Source: an uncultured delta proteobacterium
Lineage (GTDB): Bacteria; Myxococcota_A; Polyangia; Polyangiales; Polyangiaceae
DNA: 64,000 bases
Direction of reading: 5' to 3'
Assembly (NCBI GenBank): GCA_963696385.1
Contig: CAVOKF010000007.1
Span: forward strand, 224,001 to 288,000
Part shown: piece by piece, positions 40,973 through 50,308 of the stretch
Layout of the letters: every line of letters begins with the position of its first letter
Position numbering within the stretch: position 1 is the stretch's first letter
The notes under the pieces: generated by a model
Seen by the model: only the letters and a program-made list of their open reading frames with translations
Told to the model about the DNA's origin: nothing
Database searches by the model: none
Translations under genes and position numbers: made by a program

Positions 40973-42694
40973 ATGTCGACGCTTTCCCGGCGCGACCTTC
41001 TCGTCGCAACAGCCAGCGCGCTCGGGTCGGCGAGCTGCGCGCACGCGATCCCCGACTCCACGTGTGCCTCGAACTATGTGGCGCCCGACTCCGGGCCTTG
41101 CCCCTGCCCGGCTTCCGATGCCGGCGCGGCGTCGGCGCCTGCATCGGCCGCACCGTCCGGATGTGAGCTCTTCGCCTACGACGAGATTGAGCGCGAGTCG
41201 CCCCATGCCGTGTTTCATCCGACCGGCGAGGCGGACTTGGCGAGGTTGCTCCAGCAGATTTCCGCCGATCGAGGCGATCGGAGCGTGACCGTACGCGGCG
41301 GCGGCTTGTCGCTCGATAGCCAATCTCTCGGCAAGGACATCGTCCTCATCCTCGACCAGAAAGACCTCTGCACGATCGGGCTGCCCAAGCGCGACGAGAA
41401 GGGCTTTCACATGACCGTCGGGGCTGGCGCCCGATGGTGGGACGTCATCACTGCCCTTGGGCCGCTCGGCCTGATGCCCCCCTCGCTCCAGACCGGAGGC
41501 GACGCCACGGTAGGCGGCACGCTTTCGGCCGATTGCGTGTCGCGCATGTCGGCCATCGTTGGCAAAGAGGGATCTCACGTTCGCAGCTTCCGAATGGTCC
41601 TTGCGAACGGTGAGGTCGTGAGCGGGTGTCGCGACAGCGACGACCCTCAGCAGAAAGAGCTCTATCACGCCGTCATCGGCGGATTCGGCTACCTGGGCGT
41701 CGTCACCGAAGTGACCTTCGACCTCGTCGCTGCCCGAAAGGACGCGGGCGTCTGTGGCTTAGAGCCCCGCGTCTTTACGCGCGCGACGCGCTTTGCTCCG
41801 ACCGGCGATTGGGATGCGATCTTCCGTTCTCTGCAATCCAAAAGCAGGGACCGGCGGCTCTCGTACATGAGGCACAGAGAATCGCACCACGGCTTTTTGC
41901 CCCGCGATGGGCGCGCGCAGCCGGTCAGCACGCCGGAGTGGTCCGCCCTTTCGGTCGCTTGCTTTTTGGCCGGGTACAGCCTCGAAGCGAATCTGCTCGA
42001 ACAACGCTACACGCTCGACGCCCTCCGCCCGACCCCCGACGGCATCTACGCGAAGGACGGTTCCCTCAATGCTTTCGCCGAGCGAGTGGACAGTTTTTGG
42101 CAGACGGCAGCGGAGCTCGTCCTCGATTTCGGTTGGCCCCAGGGGGAGTTCGTCGACGACCTGTTCGGGTGGGCGTTCTTCTTCGGGAACTCCACCAAGA
42201 AGGCAAAGGCTGAAGCCCATGCTCTCGGCTACCGCCTGAACTGCATCCAGCAGTCGTTCGTCTTGCCGAGCGGTCCCGAAGATCGTCGGCCGGACACCCG
42301 ACCGGCGCAGCGGTTCATCGAGCTCATCCTTGCCCGGTCGCACGCCGCGGATCTCCGGCCCGGACCGATCGATTTTCTCTACGTGGGAAGCGAAGGCGAC
42401 ACCTCCGTGATGTCGGCAAGTCGCGGGCTTCCCGGCTTCGTCATCACTCTCGCCTTCGCCGACCGAAACCGTACGACGCTGAGCCCCCCGATCGACGATC
42501 TGCTGCGGGCGCTCAGCAGCGATTGCCGCTTGCTCGGCGGGCGGGTGCACCTCGTGAAGAACGTGGCCGCGGACCCCGGCGATTTGCGGGCGATGCACGG
42601 CGACGCGGCGCGGCAATTTCGTGAAATCAAAGCGAAGTACGACCCGCGGGGCATTTTTCGTAACGAGTTCTTCTCGAGAGTGTTCGAAGCATGA
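40973..42694 (+). CDS. Tat-exported FAD-binding oxidoreductase (VAO/DprE1/ALO-like)
   Basis: SRRDLL twin-arginine signal, VRGGGLS, GAGARW, TVGGTLS, IGGFGYLGVVTEV, GGRVHLVKN, KAKYDPRGIFRN. Confidence 0.88.
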   Translation: MSTLSRRDLLVATASALGSASCAHAIPDSTCASNYVAPDSGPCPCPASDAGAASAPASAAPSGCELFAYDEIERESPHAVFHPTGEADLARLLQQISADRGDRSVTVRGGGLSLDSQSLGKDIVLILDQKDLCTIGLPKRDEKGFHMTVGAGARWWDVITALGPLGLMPPSLQTGGDATVGGTLSADCVSRMSAIVGKEGSHVRSFRMVLANGEVVSGCRDSDDPQQKELYHAVIGGFGYLGVVTEVTFDLVAARKDAGVCGLEPRVFTRATRFAPTGDWDAIFRSLQSKSRDRRLSYMRHRESHHGFLPRDGRAQPVSTPEWSALSVACFLAGYSLEANLLEQRYTLDALRPTPDGIYAKDGSLNAFAERVDSFWQTAAELVLDFGWPQGEFVDDLFGWAFFFGNSTKKAKAEAHALGYRLNCIQQSFVLPSGPEDRRPDTRPAQRFIELILARSHAADLRPGPIDFLYVGSEGDTSVMSASRGLPGFVITLAFADRNRTTLSPPIDDLLRALSSDCRLLGGRVHLVKNVAADPGDLRAMHGDAARQFREIKAKYDPRGIFRNEFFSRVFEA

Positions 42695-44220
42695 TTTCGA
42701 GCCCGAACACGCGAATCTGCAGCGTGCTGGGGGGCTTGGCTGTATTGGCCGCGGGTCCGTCCGCGACCGCGGCCGACGCCAACCCTGCGGCGGCCCCGCT
42801 TTCCGACCCCCCGCCTCCGCCCATCGTGACCGACTTGCGGCCTCTGCCCCTCTTCGGGGACAAGGACGGGATTCTCTATCTGCGCGATCCGCTCGACATC
42901 CTACGCCTGTATCCGCAAGCCCAGGTCGACCTCGACGGCCACGGGTCTCTCGGCGCGCACGTCAACACGCTGCCTGCCTCCCAGGCCGGCGTCGACCTCG
43001 CGCCGCGCTTCTTCGTGCGGCGCGCCCGTCTCGAGCTCGCGGGCGAAGCGTTTCTTCGGAGCACCTTCGACGTGGGGCTCGACCTCGTGGCGAACCCCGC
43101 CATCGACGGTTCCCGCGTCGACGGGAACCGCACCGTCGTGGCGCTCGCAAACGCGTGGGGCGAGCTCGAGGCTGGACGCGGCTTGCGGCTGATGGGCGGC
43201 GTCTTCCCGGCACCCTTCTCGCTCGAGAACCGCACCGCCACGAGCGACCTCGCCATGATGGAGCGCAACGTCGCGATCCGCGGGTTCGTCGTCCCCGGGG
43301 GGCCGGTGCTCGGTGCGGCCATCGGCGGGTCGACCCGGCGCGAGGTCATCGAGTGGAACGCCGGCGTCTTTACGTCCGAGACGCAATCCCCCGGTGACTT
43401 CGTACCGTACTTCGACGGCATCGGACGCGTCACGTGGCGGCCGTGGGTCCACGACGACGCGGGCGTACCGGAAAGGTTGCAGATCGGCGCGAGCTTGCGC
43501 GTCGGCTCTCGCGATCGCCGCGACGCCGACGACGACGCTCCCGCGATCGATAGCGGGCAGGGCTTTGCGATGTGGCGCCCGACGCGCATCGACGCCCTTG
43601 GGCGCACTCTGCACATCATTCCTTCGTCCACACAGTGGGCCGGGGGCGGCGAAGCGAGCTTGCTGCTTCGGGGCTGGGGTTTTCGCGGCGAGGCGTACTA
43701 CGTTTCCCGAGACACCCACGAAGCACTCGACGGCTTGCAGGCCGTGGACGTCGAGCGGGCCGGCAACCTCCACGGCATTGGCGCGTACGTCGAGGCGTCG
43801 TGGTGGCCTCTGCAGTGGTTTCGCCTCATCGACGGCCGACGGCCCGAGATCGGGGAGTACCCGCAGCGCACGCACCTCGAACTCGCCGAGCTTGGGCCCA
43901 AACCGGACCTCGAGGGGCTCGAGGTCGCGCTCCTCGTGGCGGATGTACATGCCCAGTACGACGCCGCATCACGCAGTGGTGTCCCGGACCCCACAGCCCC
44001 GCCTTCGCGGATCGAAATCGTGCAGCTCGGCGTGGCGGTCAATTTTTGGAGAACGAGAAACGTCCGCCTCAGCCTGAGCGCCAGCGGCTATTGGGCCCCC
44101 CATAGCGGCGAGCCCGGCAACCTTGCCGTCGTCCCTGGCACGCTGCCCTCAAGCATCCCGCCCAACCTGTCCATGCCGTTTTTCGTGGAAATGGGCGCAC
44201 GCACGACCTTCCTCTTCTGA
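42691..44220 (+). CDS. OprO/OprP-like porin
   Basis: Signal peptide, FFVRRARLELAG, APFSLEN, MERN, GAYVEAS, C-terminal Phe; ATGA-coupled to the oxidoreductase. Confidence 0.8.
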   Translation: MISSPNTRICSVLGGLAVLAAGPSATAADANPAAAPLSDPPPPPIVTDLRPLPLFGDKDGILYLRDPLDILRLYPQAQVDLDGHGSLGAHVNTLPASQAGVDLAPRFFVRRARLELAGEAFLRSTFDVGLDLVANPAIDGSRVDGNRTVVALANAWGELEAGRGLRLMGGVFPAPFSLENRTATSDLAMMERNVAIRGFVVPGGPVLGAAIGGSTRREVIEWNAGVFTSETQSPGDFVPYFDGIGRVTWRPWVHDDAGVPERLQIGASLRVGSRDRRDADDDAPAIDSGQGFAMWRPTRIDALGRTLHIIPSSTQWAGGGEASLLLRGWGFRGEAYYVSRDTHEALDGLQAVDVERAGNLHGIGAYVEASWWPLQWFRLIDGRRPEIGEYPQRTHLELAELGPKPDLEGLEVALLVADVHAQYDAASRSGVPDPTAPPSRIEIVQLGVAVNFWRTRNVRLSLSASGYWAPHSGEPGNLAVVPGTLPSSIPPNLSMPFFVEMGARTTFLF

Positions 44221-44294
44221 GCGGGGCGCCGACATCCCGGCCGGCTCGAACGTCGCCACCGCGGGGTCGCGATCGGGCGCGGCGCGCGGATTCC

Positions 44295-44897
44295 CTACGC
44301 ATCGGTGTCCCACTTCGCGATCCTGGCGATTTCCCTATGTCGGAAGCAGTCCACGACATGGTCATTGACCATGCCGACGGCCTGCATGTGCGCGTAGATG
44401 ATGGTCGACCCCACGAAGGTGAAGCCGCGGCTCTTCAGATCCTTGCTCATGGCGTCGGACTGGGCGCTGCGAGCGGGGATCTCGCCCGCGGTTTGCCGGC
44501 GATTGTGGACCGGGCGGCCGTCGACGAAGCGCCACTGGTACGCGTCGAAGCTGCCAAACTCCGCTTGCACATCGAGAAACGCCTTGGCGTTCTTGATCGC
44601 CGATTCAATCTTCGCTCGATTGCGCACGATTCCAGCATCGGCCAGCAACGCCCCGACTTTGCGCGTGTCGTAGCGGGCGACTTTCCGCGGGTCGAACTGG
44701 TCGAACGCGCGCCGGTACGCATCCCTCTTGCGCAGGATCGTTATCCAGCTGAGCCCAGCCTGGGCACCTTCAAGGACGAGAAACTCGAAAAGGGCGCGAT
44801 CGTCGCGTACGGGAACGCCCCACTCTTCGTCGTGGTAGGCGACGTACAACGGGTCGGTGCCTGACCAGGTGCAGCGTTTCTTCACGAGTGCAGTCAC
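44295..44897 (-). CDS. tag: DNA-3-methyladenine glycosylase I
   Basis: RCTW..YHDEEWG..LEGAQAGLSW..IVRNRAKI..FVGSTIIYAHMQAVGMVNDH..C. Confidence 0.97.
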   Translation of the reverse strand: MTALVKKRCTWSGTDPLYVAYHDEEWGVPVRDDRALFEFLVLEGAQAGLSWITILRKRDAYRRAFDQFDPRKVARYDTRKVGALLADAGIVRNRAKIESAIKNAKAFLDVQAEFGSFDAYQWRFVDGRPVHNRRQTAGEIPARSAQSDAMSKDLKSRGFTFVGSTIIYAHMQAVGMVNDHVVDCFRHREIARIAKWDTDA

Positions 44898-45242
44898 CGT
44901 TCACCCCAACGAGCCGCGCCCTGGTCCAAGAGAGACCGTCTGCGGCGTTCGGTCTCGCCGACCCCACCTCTAGCGGCTCTTCTTCTTCGCGGCCAGTGCG
45001 GCGGCGGCACCGCCCCGCAGCACGCAAGCGGCGCGCCCGCGGGCGACGCATGCCTCGAGCCAGCTGTCGAGAGGCCCGGCGCCGAAGGTGCGTCGACCTT
45101 TTGGGGCCGAGCGCACTGCCCCTCTATCGATTGACAGCAGGAGGGCTCCGGGCCAAAAGGCGACATCGGTAGCACCGCCATCCTGCGCTCGCGCCGACCC
45201 CGAAAACCGAGTGCTCGTCAGAGATCGAGCAGGAGCTGTCCT

Positions 45243-46523
45243 ATGTCGACTCATCTTCGCCTCGCTGCAGCGTGCCGCACGGTCGCTCGGGGCATGCCCG
45301 TCGTCGTTATCGCGGCAATCGGCCCCGGTTTTGAACGCTCGTCCGTCGCCGGCGAGGCCTTGACCTCCGACCCGGCGGTGGACGCCGGCGCGATGATCAC
45401 GATCAGCGGCACGGTGACCGATCCTATTGACGGCCCGCAGGCCGGCATCACGATCACGCTGAGCGGCAGCGCCCAGGCTCAAGTCGTGACCAATTTTTCC
45501 GGCAGCTTCTCGTTCAGCGTCAAACCCGGCGGCTCGTATTCGCTCACGGCGGCCGGAACCAACAACTACTTCCAGCCGCCCTTTCAAACCTGCCTCACGG
45601 TGACCCCGAGCATCGTCAATCTCAACAACCTGAAGTCGAGCACCACCCTTCAGTTCGTCGGTTCCGGGACGGACCCGGTCACCAACTGTTCGCCCTCCGC
45701 GTCGACGGGCGCCATCTCGGGCTCGCTCACGCTTCAGGGTCGGGTCACCTCCGACGGGCTTCCCGTCGCTGGCGCCCGCGTTTACTTGAACGGCAGCGCC
45801 CAGGGCTACCGCACGTCCGACGAGACGGGGGCCTACACCTTCGCGGTGAATCCGGGTTCGTACTCGGTCGACGTCTCGGGCGCCTGTGCGTCGTTCACGC
45901 CCGACGTTTCGAATCTCAATAACCTCAAGGCGAACACGACGCAGAATTTCAAGGGCACGAGCTGCCCGCCCGCACCGCTCACGTACTGCCCTGCCTTCGA
46001 CGCGCTTTTCGGTCTCTCGGAGCCCGCGAGCTGCGACACGGTGTCCACGGACGATTGCGCGTTCGACCGGCTCGACTCCGCGGGTGGCTGGGCCGGCGAC
46101 GTGGCCAACGACTTTGACTTCACGACGGAGGCGACCGACTGCCGCCTCGGCGCGTGGAACAACCCGCCCATCGTCAACGACTTCACGGACGTGGGCTTCT
46201 TCCAGCAATCGCTCGCGCTGAACCTTTTCACCCTGCAACTGTTCGGGTGCGCGGAGGCCGGCAACCTCGACGGCCCACTCTCGTTGCAAGTCTCGCTCAT
46301 CCCGCCGGATCTCATTCGCGCGGGTCTGACGTTCACGACGGCCGACATCTCCGCCATGGAGGACGACTACGTCGCGGCGATCAACCAGGCGCTCGCGAGC
46401 AACGGGTCGCCCGCCCTCACGGCGACGCAGACAGCCGCCTTCCGTGCCCAGCTCGATTACGCGGCAAGCAAGGTTCCGGGCGTCATCTCGTCGTCGAAGC
46501 TTTCGTACAGCACGTGCCCGTAG
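45243..46523 (+). CDS. exported protein with two carboxypeptidase-regulatory-like beta-sandwich repeats and a helical C-terminal domain
   Basis: TISGTVTD..AGITITLSG and TLQGRVTS..AGARVYLNG repeats, each followed by NLNNLK. Confidence 0.7.
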   Translation: MSTHLRLAAACRTVARGMPVVVIAAIGPGFERSSVAGEALTSDPAVDAGAMITISGTVTDPIDGPQAGITITLSGSAQAQVVTNFSGSFSFSVKPGGSYSLTAAGTNNYFQPPFQTCLTVTPSIVNLNNLKSSTTLQFVGSGTDPVTNCSPSASTGAISGSLTLQGRVTSDGLPVAGARVYLNGSAQGYRTSDETGAYTFAVNPGSYSVDVSGACASFTPDVSNLNNLKANTTQNFKGTSCPPAPLTYCPAFDALFGLSEPASCDTVSTDDCAFDRLDSAGGWAGDVANDFDFTTEATDCRLGAWNNPPIVNDFTDVGFFQQSLALNLFTLQLFGCAEAGNLDGPLSLQVSLIPPDLIRAGLTFTTADISAMEDDYVAAINQALASNGSPALTATQTAAFRAQLDYAASKVPGVISSSKLSYSTCP

Positions 46524-46574
46524 CACGCACCCGTCCAGGTTCTCTGGTGGGATCGCCTTTAACGGGGCGCTGCA

Positions 46575-47046
46575 CTAAGCAAGCAGCAGCGACAGCCGTC
46601 CGCCGGCGTAGCCCGCGAGCGTCAGCTCGAGATCCAGGCGCATCCTCGGCTGGATGAGGACGTTGCCGACGGCGGGGGGCAATGCGGTCGATGGAGGCGA
46701 CAGAATCCCGCAAGCGCACATGCGTCCCTTCGAAAATGCCGGCCAGGATGTTCAACACCTCGCGAAGGTTGTCGAAGATCTCGTCGGGAAAGCTGCCCTT
46801 GCTCGCGGCGTCCGCGGCGACCGTGACTGGAATCAGCGCGAGGGCCGCGCCCATCGAGGCCGAGAGGGCCAGGTCGCAAATGCACACCGCCACGACCGCG
46901 CCCGAATCGTCGACGTAGGTTCCCGTGCACGCCTGGACGGAAGCGGGCATGGGCGCGCCCTTCTTCGGACCGACGGCCTTGCCGAAGAGATCCCGCAGGA
47001 CGCGGGCGACCGCGCTTGGAGCAGGGAGGGCAAGCCGTGCGGACAT
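46575..47046 (-). CDS. chemotaxis-cluster hypothetical protein (CheX/CheC-like), frameshifted near 46704
   Basis: DNLREVLNI (ExxN). The plausible end RLDLELTLAGYAGGRLSLLLA* (stop 46575-46577) is reached by removing one base at AGAATC 46702-46707. Confidence 0.7.
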
Positions 47047-47054
47047 CGGGGCAC

Positions 47055-47420
47055 TCAGCGCTTTAGGATGGGCCCCAGGACCTGTCGAAAGCTTTCGGAA
47101 TCGAAGGGCTTGGCAATGAGCGCTAGAGCTCCAGCCGCCTTCGCGCGCTCGCGCATCTCGGACGTCCCTTCGGACGTAATGAAGACGAAAGGGACCTTGT
47201 TCCCTTCGCGGGTGAGCGCGGACAAAAGATCGAACCCACTCATCTCCGGCATATTCCAGTCGGATAGCACGAGGTCCGGCGTCTTCACGCGAATCGCGGC
47301 GAGCGCCTCGGCCCCGTTGCAGGCTTCCTGGATGTCCTCGTCGGCGAAGTCCGCCTGCCGCAGCGTTCTCCGTACGATGAGCCGCATGGCCTTGGAGTCG
47401 TCTACCACCAGTATCTTCAC
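47055..47420 (-). CDS. cheY: CheY-like response regulator
   Basis: ILVVDDS, LSDWNMP, ITSE, AKPF. Confidence 0.88.
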   Translation of the reverse strand: MKILVVDDSKAMRLIVRRTLRQADFADEDIQEACNGAEALAAIRVKTPDLVLSDWNMPEMSGFDLLSALTREGNKVPFVFITSEGTSEMRERAKAAGALALIAKPFDSESFRQVLGPILKR

Positions 47421-47470
47421 GGTATGGCCCCCCCGTTTCGACGTTTCTGGGTGAGAGCGCCGACGTCACC

Positions 47471-47929
47471 CTACACGCGCGCCTCGCGCGAAAGCAGGGT
47501 CACGACGAACTCCTCTCCGTGCGAAGCAAACCAGACGGTTTGTACGGCCACGGCGTCGCAGATGGTTAGCGCGGCCCGGGCACTCTCGACGACGACGGGC
47601 AGCGAGAGCTGGGTGGGGCCCGGAAGAAGAGCCTTGATGTTCCCGCCCACCATGTTCGCGAGCTCGCCGAGCGCGTCGCGGACGTCATCCGACGAGGTGT
47701 CGGCGGGGCTGGTTTCGAACATGCTGGCGGCCGCCGCCCGGGCCAAGCCGACGGGACATTGGATCATCACGGCTCCCTCCCATGCGCCGCTGATCTGGAC
47801 GCACCCGGTGACGACCGTCGCAGGAAGTCGCGGTTCAGGCATCCCGGACCTTTCCTCGGCGTCCGTTTGAAGGACGTTGGTCCACACGGCACTCGTAATG
47901 TCCCGGATGTCTTGCTCTTCAACGCTCAT
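47471..47929 (-). CDS. cheX: chemotaxis phosphatase CheX
   Basis: ISGAWEG, DALGELANMVGGNIK, LSLP. Confidence 0.88.
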   Translation of the reverse strand: MSVEEQDIRDITSAVWTNVLQTDAEERSGMPEPRLPATVVTGCVQISGAWEGAVMIQCPVGLARAAAASMFETSPADTSSDDVRDALGELANMVGGNIKALLPGPTQLSLPVVVESARAALTICDAVAVQTVWFASHGEEFVVTLLSREARV

Positions 47930-48777
47930 TTTCCTGCCTCTGCGCCGCCAGGTCGGTAGTAAACGGCCTTGTCGACTTGAACGCGTTTGAACGAATCATC
48001 CACCTTGAGAGTGGTTTCGGCCCCCCCGAGAAACAGGTAGCCGTCGGGAGCGAGAACCTGCCGGACTCGTGACAGAACACGTTGTTTGGTCGGCACGTCG
48101 AAGTAAATGAGAACGTTGCGGAGGAAAACGACGTCGAAGACAGGCATGGCCGGCCAAGGGTCGATCAGGTTCATCTGACGGACCTCGAACAGGTCTCGAA
48201 GGCTCTGCTTGATCTGCCAATGGACTCCTGTTCGATCGAAGTACTTGACGAGCAGCGGCGCCGGAAGGCCGCGGTTGACCTCAAGCTGGCTGAATACTCC
48301 CTTTTGGGCGCGAGTGACCATCGCGGACGCCAGGTCGGTTCCGATGATCCGCACGTCCCAGGGCGTGAGGTCCGGGAAGTGCTCCCGGAGCACCATCGCG
48401 ATGGTGTAGGCTTCCTGCCCCATGGAGCAGGCCGCGCTCCAGATCCGGATTCGGCGCGATCCCGCGCGCGTTTTGCGCAATTTGGGGAGGATCTCCGTCC
48501 GTAGCGCATCGAACGGGTGCAGATCGCGAAAAAAGCTCGTCTCGTTGGTCGTCATGGCTTCGACGACTTTGGAATGCAAACCGTTCGCCGGTTGCGCGCG
48601 GAGCCGGCCCACCATCTCGTCGATCGAGGCGAACCCCTCCGCTCGCGCAAGGGGCCCGAGCCGCGACTCGATCAGGTACTCTTTGCCCGCTTCGATGACG
48701 ATGGCGGATCGCCGGTAGACGAGCTCGCGCACATAGGCGAGGTCCGACGGGCTTACCACGAGGAGGTCCTTGGCCAT
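47926..48777 (-). CDS. cheR: chemotaxis methyltransferase CheR
   Basis: TTNETSFFRD, IWSAACSMGQEAY, FLRNVLIYFD, FLGGAET. Confidence 0.95.
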   Translation of the reverse strand: MAKDLLVVSPSDLAYVRELVYRRSAIVIEAGKEYLIESRLGPLARAEGFASIDEMVGRLRAQPANGLHSKVVEAMTTNETSFFRDLHPFDALRTEILPKLRKTRAGSRRIRIWSAACSMGQEAYTIAMVLREHFPDLTPWDVRIIGTDLASAMVTRAQKGVFSQLEVNRGLPAPLLVKYFDRTGVHWQIKQSLRDLFEVRQMNLIDPWPAMPVFDVVFLRNVLIYFDVPTKQRVLSRVRQVLAPDGYLFLGGAETTLKVDDSFKRVQVDKAVYYRPGGAEAGK

Positions 48778-49865
48778 CGCAACTCGTCCGGGGGCGACCT
48801 CCGGGTGCCCCCGATCCGCCGCCACACCTCGTGGGCGACCGCGTCGAGGGGAACGACCGCGTCTGCAAGGCCTGCGTTTGCGATGTAACCCGGCATGCCC
48901 CACACGACGGACGTGGCCTCGTCCTGGACGACGACCTGCCCGCCGGCTTCGCGCACGTGCTCGCAGCCTCGAAGCCCGTCCTGCCCCATCCCCGTGAGCA
49001 CGACCGCCAATGTGTTCGCACCGTAGCACTCGACCGCCGAGCGAAAGAGCACGTCGACCGCCGGCCGGCACGAGTTCTCGTGCGGAGTTTTGAGCAGCTT
49101 GAGGCGTCGTGCAAAGCCTTCGCGATACACCACCATGTGGTAGTCGCCCGGCGCTATCCACAGATCGCCCGGCGCCAAGGTCTCACCGCCGCGGGCCTCT
49201 TTCACGCCGAGACTTGTGTGGGCGCGCAAGCGGTCCGCCAGCAGACGCGTGAAGACCGGAGGCATGTGCTGGACGATCACCACGGGGACGCTCGGATTCG
49301 GGGGGAACGACTCGAGCAGGGTCGTCAGCGCTTTCGGGCCGCCGGTGGAACAACCAATCATGAGTACTTCGACATGCGCCGCGGACGAGCGAGGCTTCGT
49401 CGCGACACCGCGCGCAGGCGCCGCGCTAGGCGTCGCGGTCGAGCGAAGCGAGCCGAGCGCAGAGGCTCCGAAGAGGAGAACCTTGCTGAGAAGCTGTTCT
49501 CGCAGCTGATGGCTAGCGGCCGCGATGCTCAATCCGCTGGGCTTCGTGACGTAGTCGCTGGCCCCCAGCGTGAGCGCCGTGAGTGTCGCCGCCGCCGCGC
49601 GCTCCGTGACAGCGCTGAACATGATGACGGGCAGCCGAGGATGCGTCTTGCGGATCGCAGCCAACGTCTCAAGGCCGTCCATCTCCGGCATCTCCACATC
49701 CAGGGTCACGACGTCGGGATTCACCTGTCCGATCTTGGCGAGCGCGATCTTGCCGTTCGCCGCCGTGCCTACGACTTCGCAGCTCGGATCGGAGCCGAGG
49801 ACGTCCGCGACGAGACGGCGAACGACGACGGAGTCGTCGACGATGAGAACGCGGATCTTAGGCAT
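48753..49865 (-). CDS. cheB: chemotaxis methylesterase CheB
   Basis: Receiver domain plus GCSTGGP, VQHMP, RPAVDVLF, LTGMGQDG. Confidence 0.95.
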   Translation of the reverse strand: MPKIRVLIVDDSVVVRRLVADVLGSDPSCEVVGTAANGKIALAKIGQVNPDVVTLDVEMPEMDGLETLAAIRKTHPRLPVIMFSAVTERAAAATLTALTLGASDYVTKPSGLSIAAASHQLREQLLSKVLLFGASALGSLRSTATPSAAPARGVATKPRSSAAHVEVLMIGCSTGGPKALTTLLESFPPNPSVPVVIVQHMPPVFTRLLADRLRAHTSLGVKEARGGETLAPGDLWIAPGDYHMVVYREGFARRLKLLKTPHENSCRPAVDVLFRSAVECYGANTLAVVLTGMGQDGLRGCEHVREAGGQVVVQDEATSVVWGMPGYIANAGLADAVVPLDAVAHEVWRRIGGTRRSPPDELRWPRTSSW

Positions 49866-50241
49866 GGGTCGGAGTGCCGAGGCCCAGGATCCCGAGCTTG
49901 GCTCGAAGAATTTCCGTGGTAAACGGCTTCATCACGTACTCGTTGGCGCCCGCTTCCAGGGCGCGTGCCATCTGTGCGGCTTCCGCCTCCGTCGTCACCA
50001 TCATCACGCGAACGCCGTCGAACGCATGGTTTTGGCGCACCGCGAGAACGAAGTCGAGGCCGTTCATTCGCGGCATGTTCCAATCGACTAGAGCGAGGTC
50101 CACCGTGCCCAGCTCTTGCAGTCGCTCGAGAGCCTCCACGCCATCGCTGGCCTCGACGAGAGTTCGGAAGCCTTCCGACGCAAGAAACTTTTTCAGGATG
50201 GATCGCATGACCCGCGAGTCGTCGACGACGAGTGCTTTCAC
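49858..50241 (-). CDS. cheY: CheY-like response regulator
   Basis: GTG start, KALVVDDS, LVDWNMP, MVTTE, MKPF. Confidence 0.9.
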   Translation of the reverse strand: MKALVVDDSRVMRSILKKFLASEGFRTLVEASDGVEALERLQELGTVDLALVDWNMPRMNGLDFVLAVRQNHAFDGVRVMMVTTEAEAAQMARALEAGANEYVMKPFTTEILRAKLGILGLGTPTHA

Positions 50242-50308
50242 CTCATATCTCCCTTCCGAGGCAAGAAGAACGACTCCCGCCCTCTTTCCGGCCGGAGGTC
50301 CGCGTTGC

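Noticed and set aside
40874..41166. Kinase C-terminal extension overlapping the FAD oxidase
   Set aside because: Low-complexity run-on that disappears if one base at GATTC 40845-40849 is removed.
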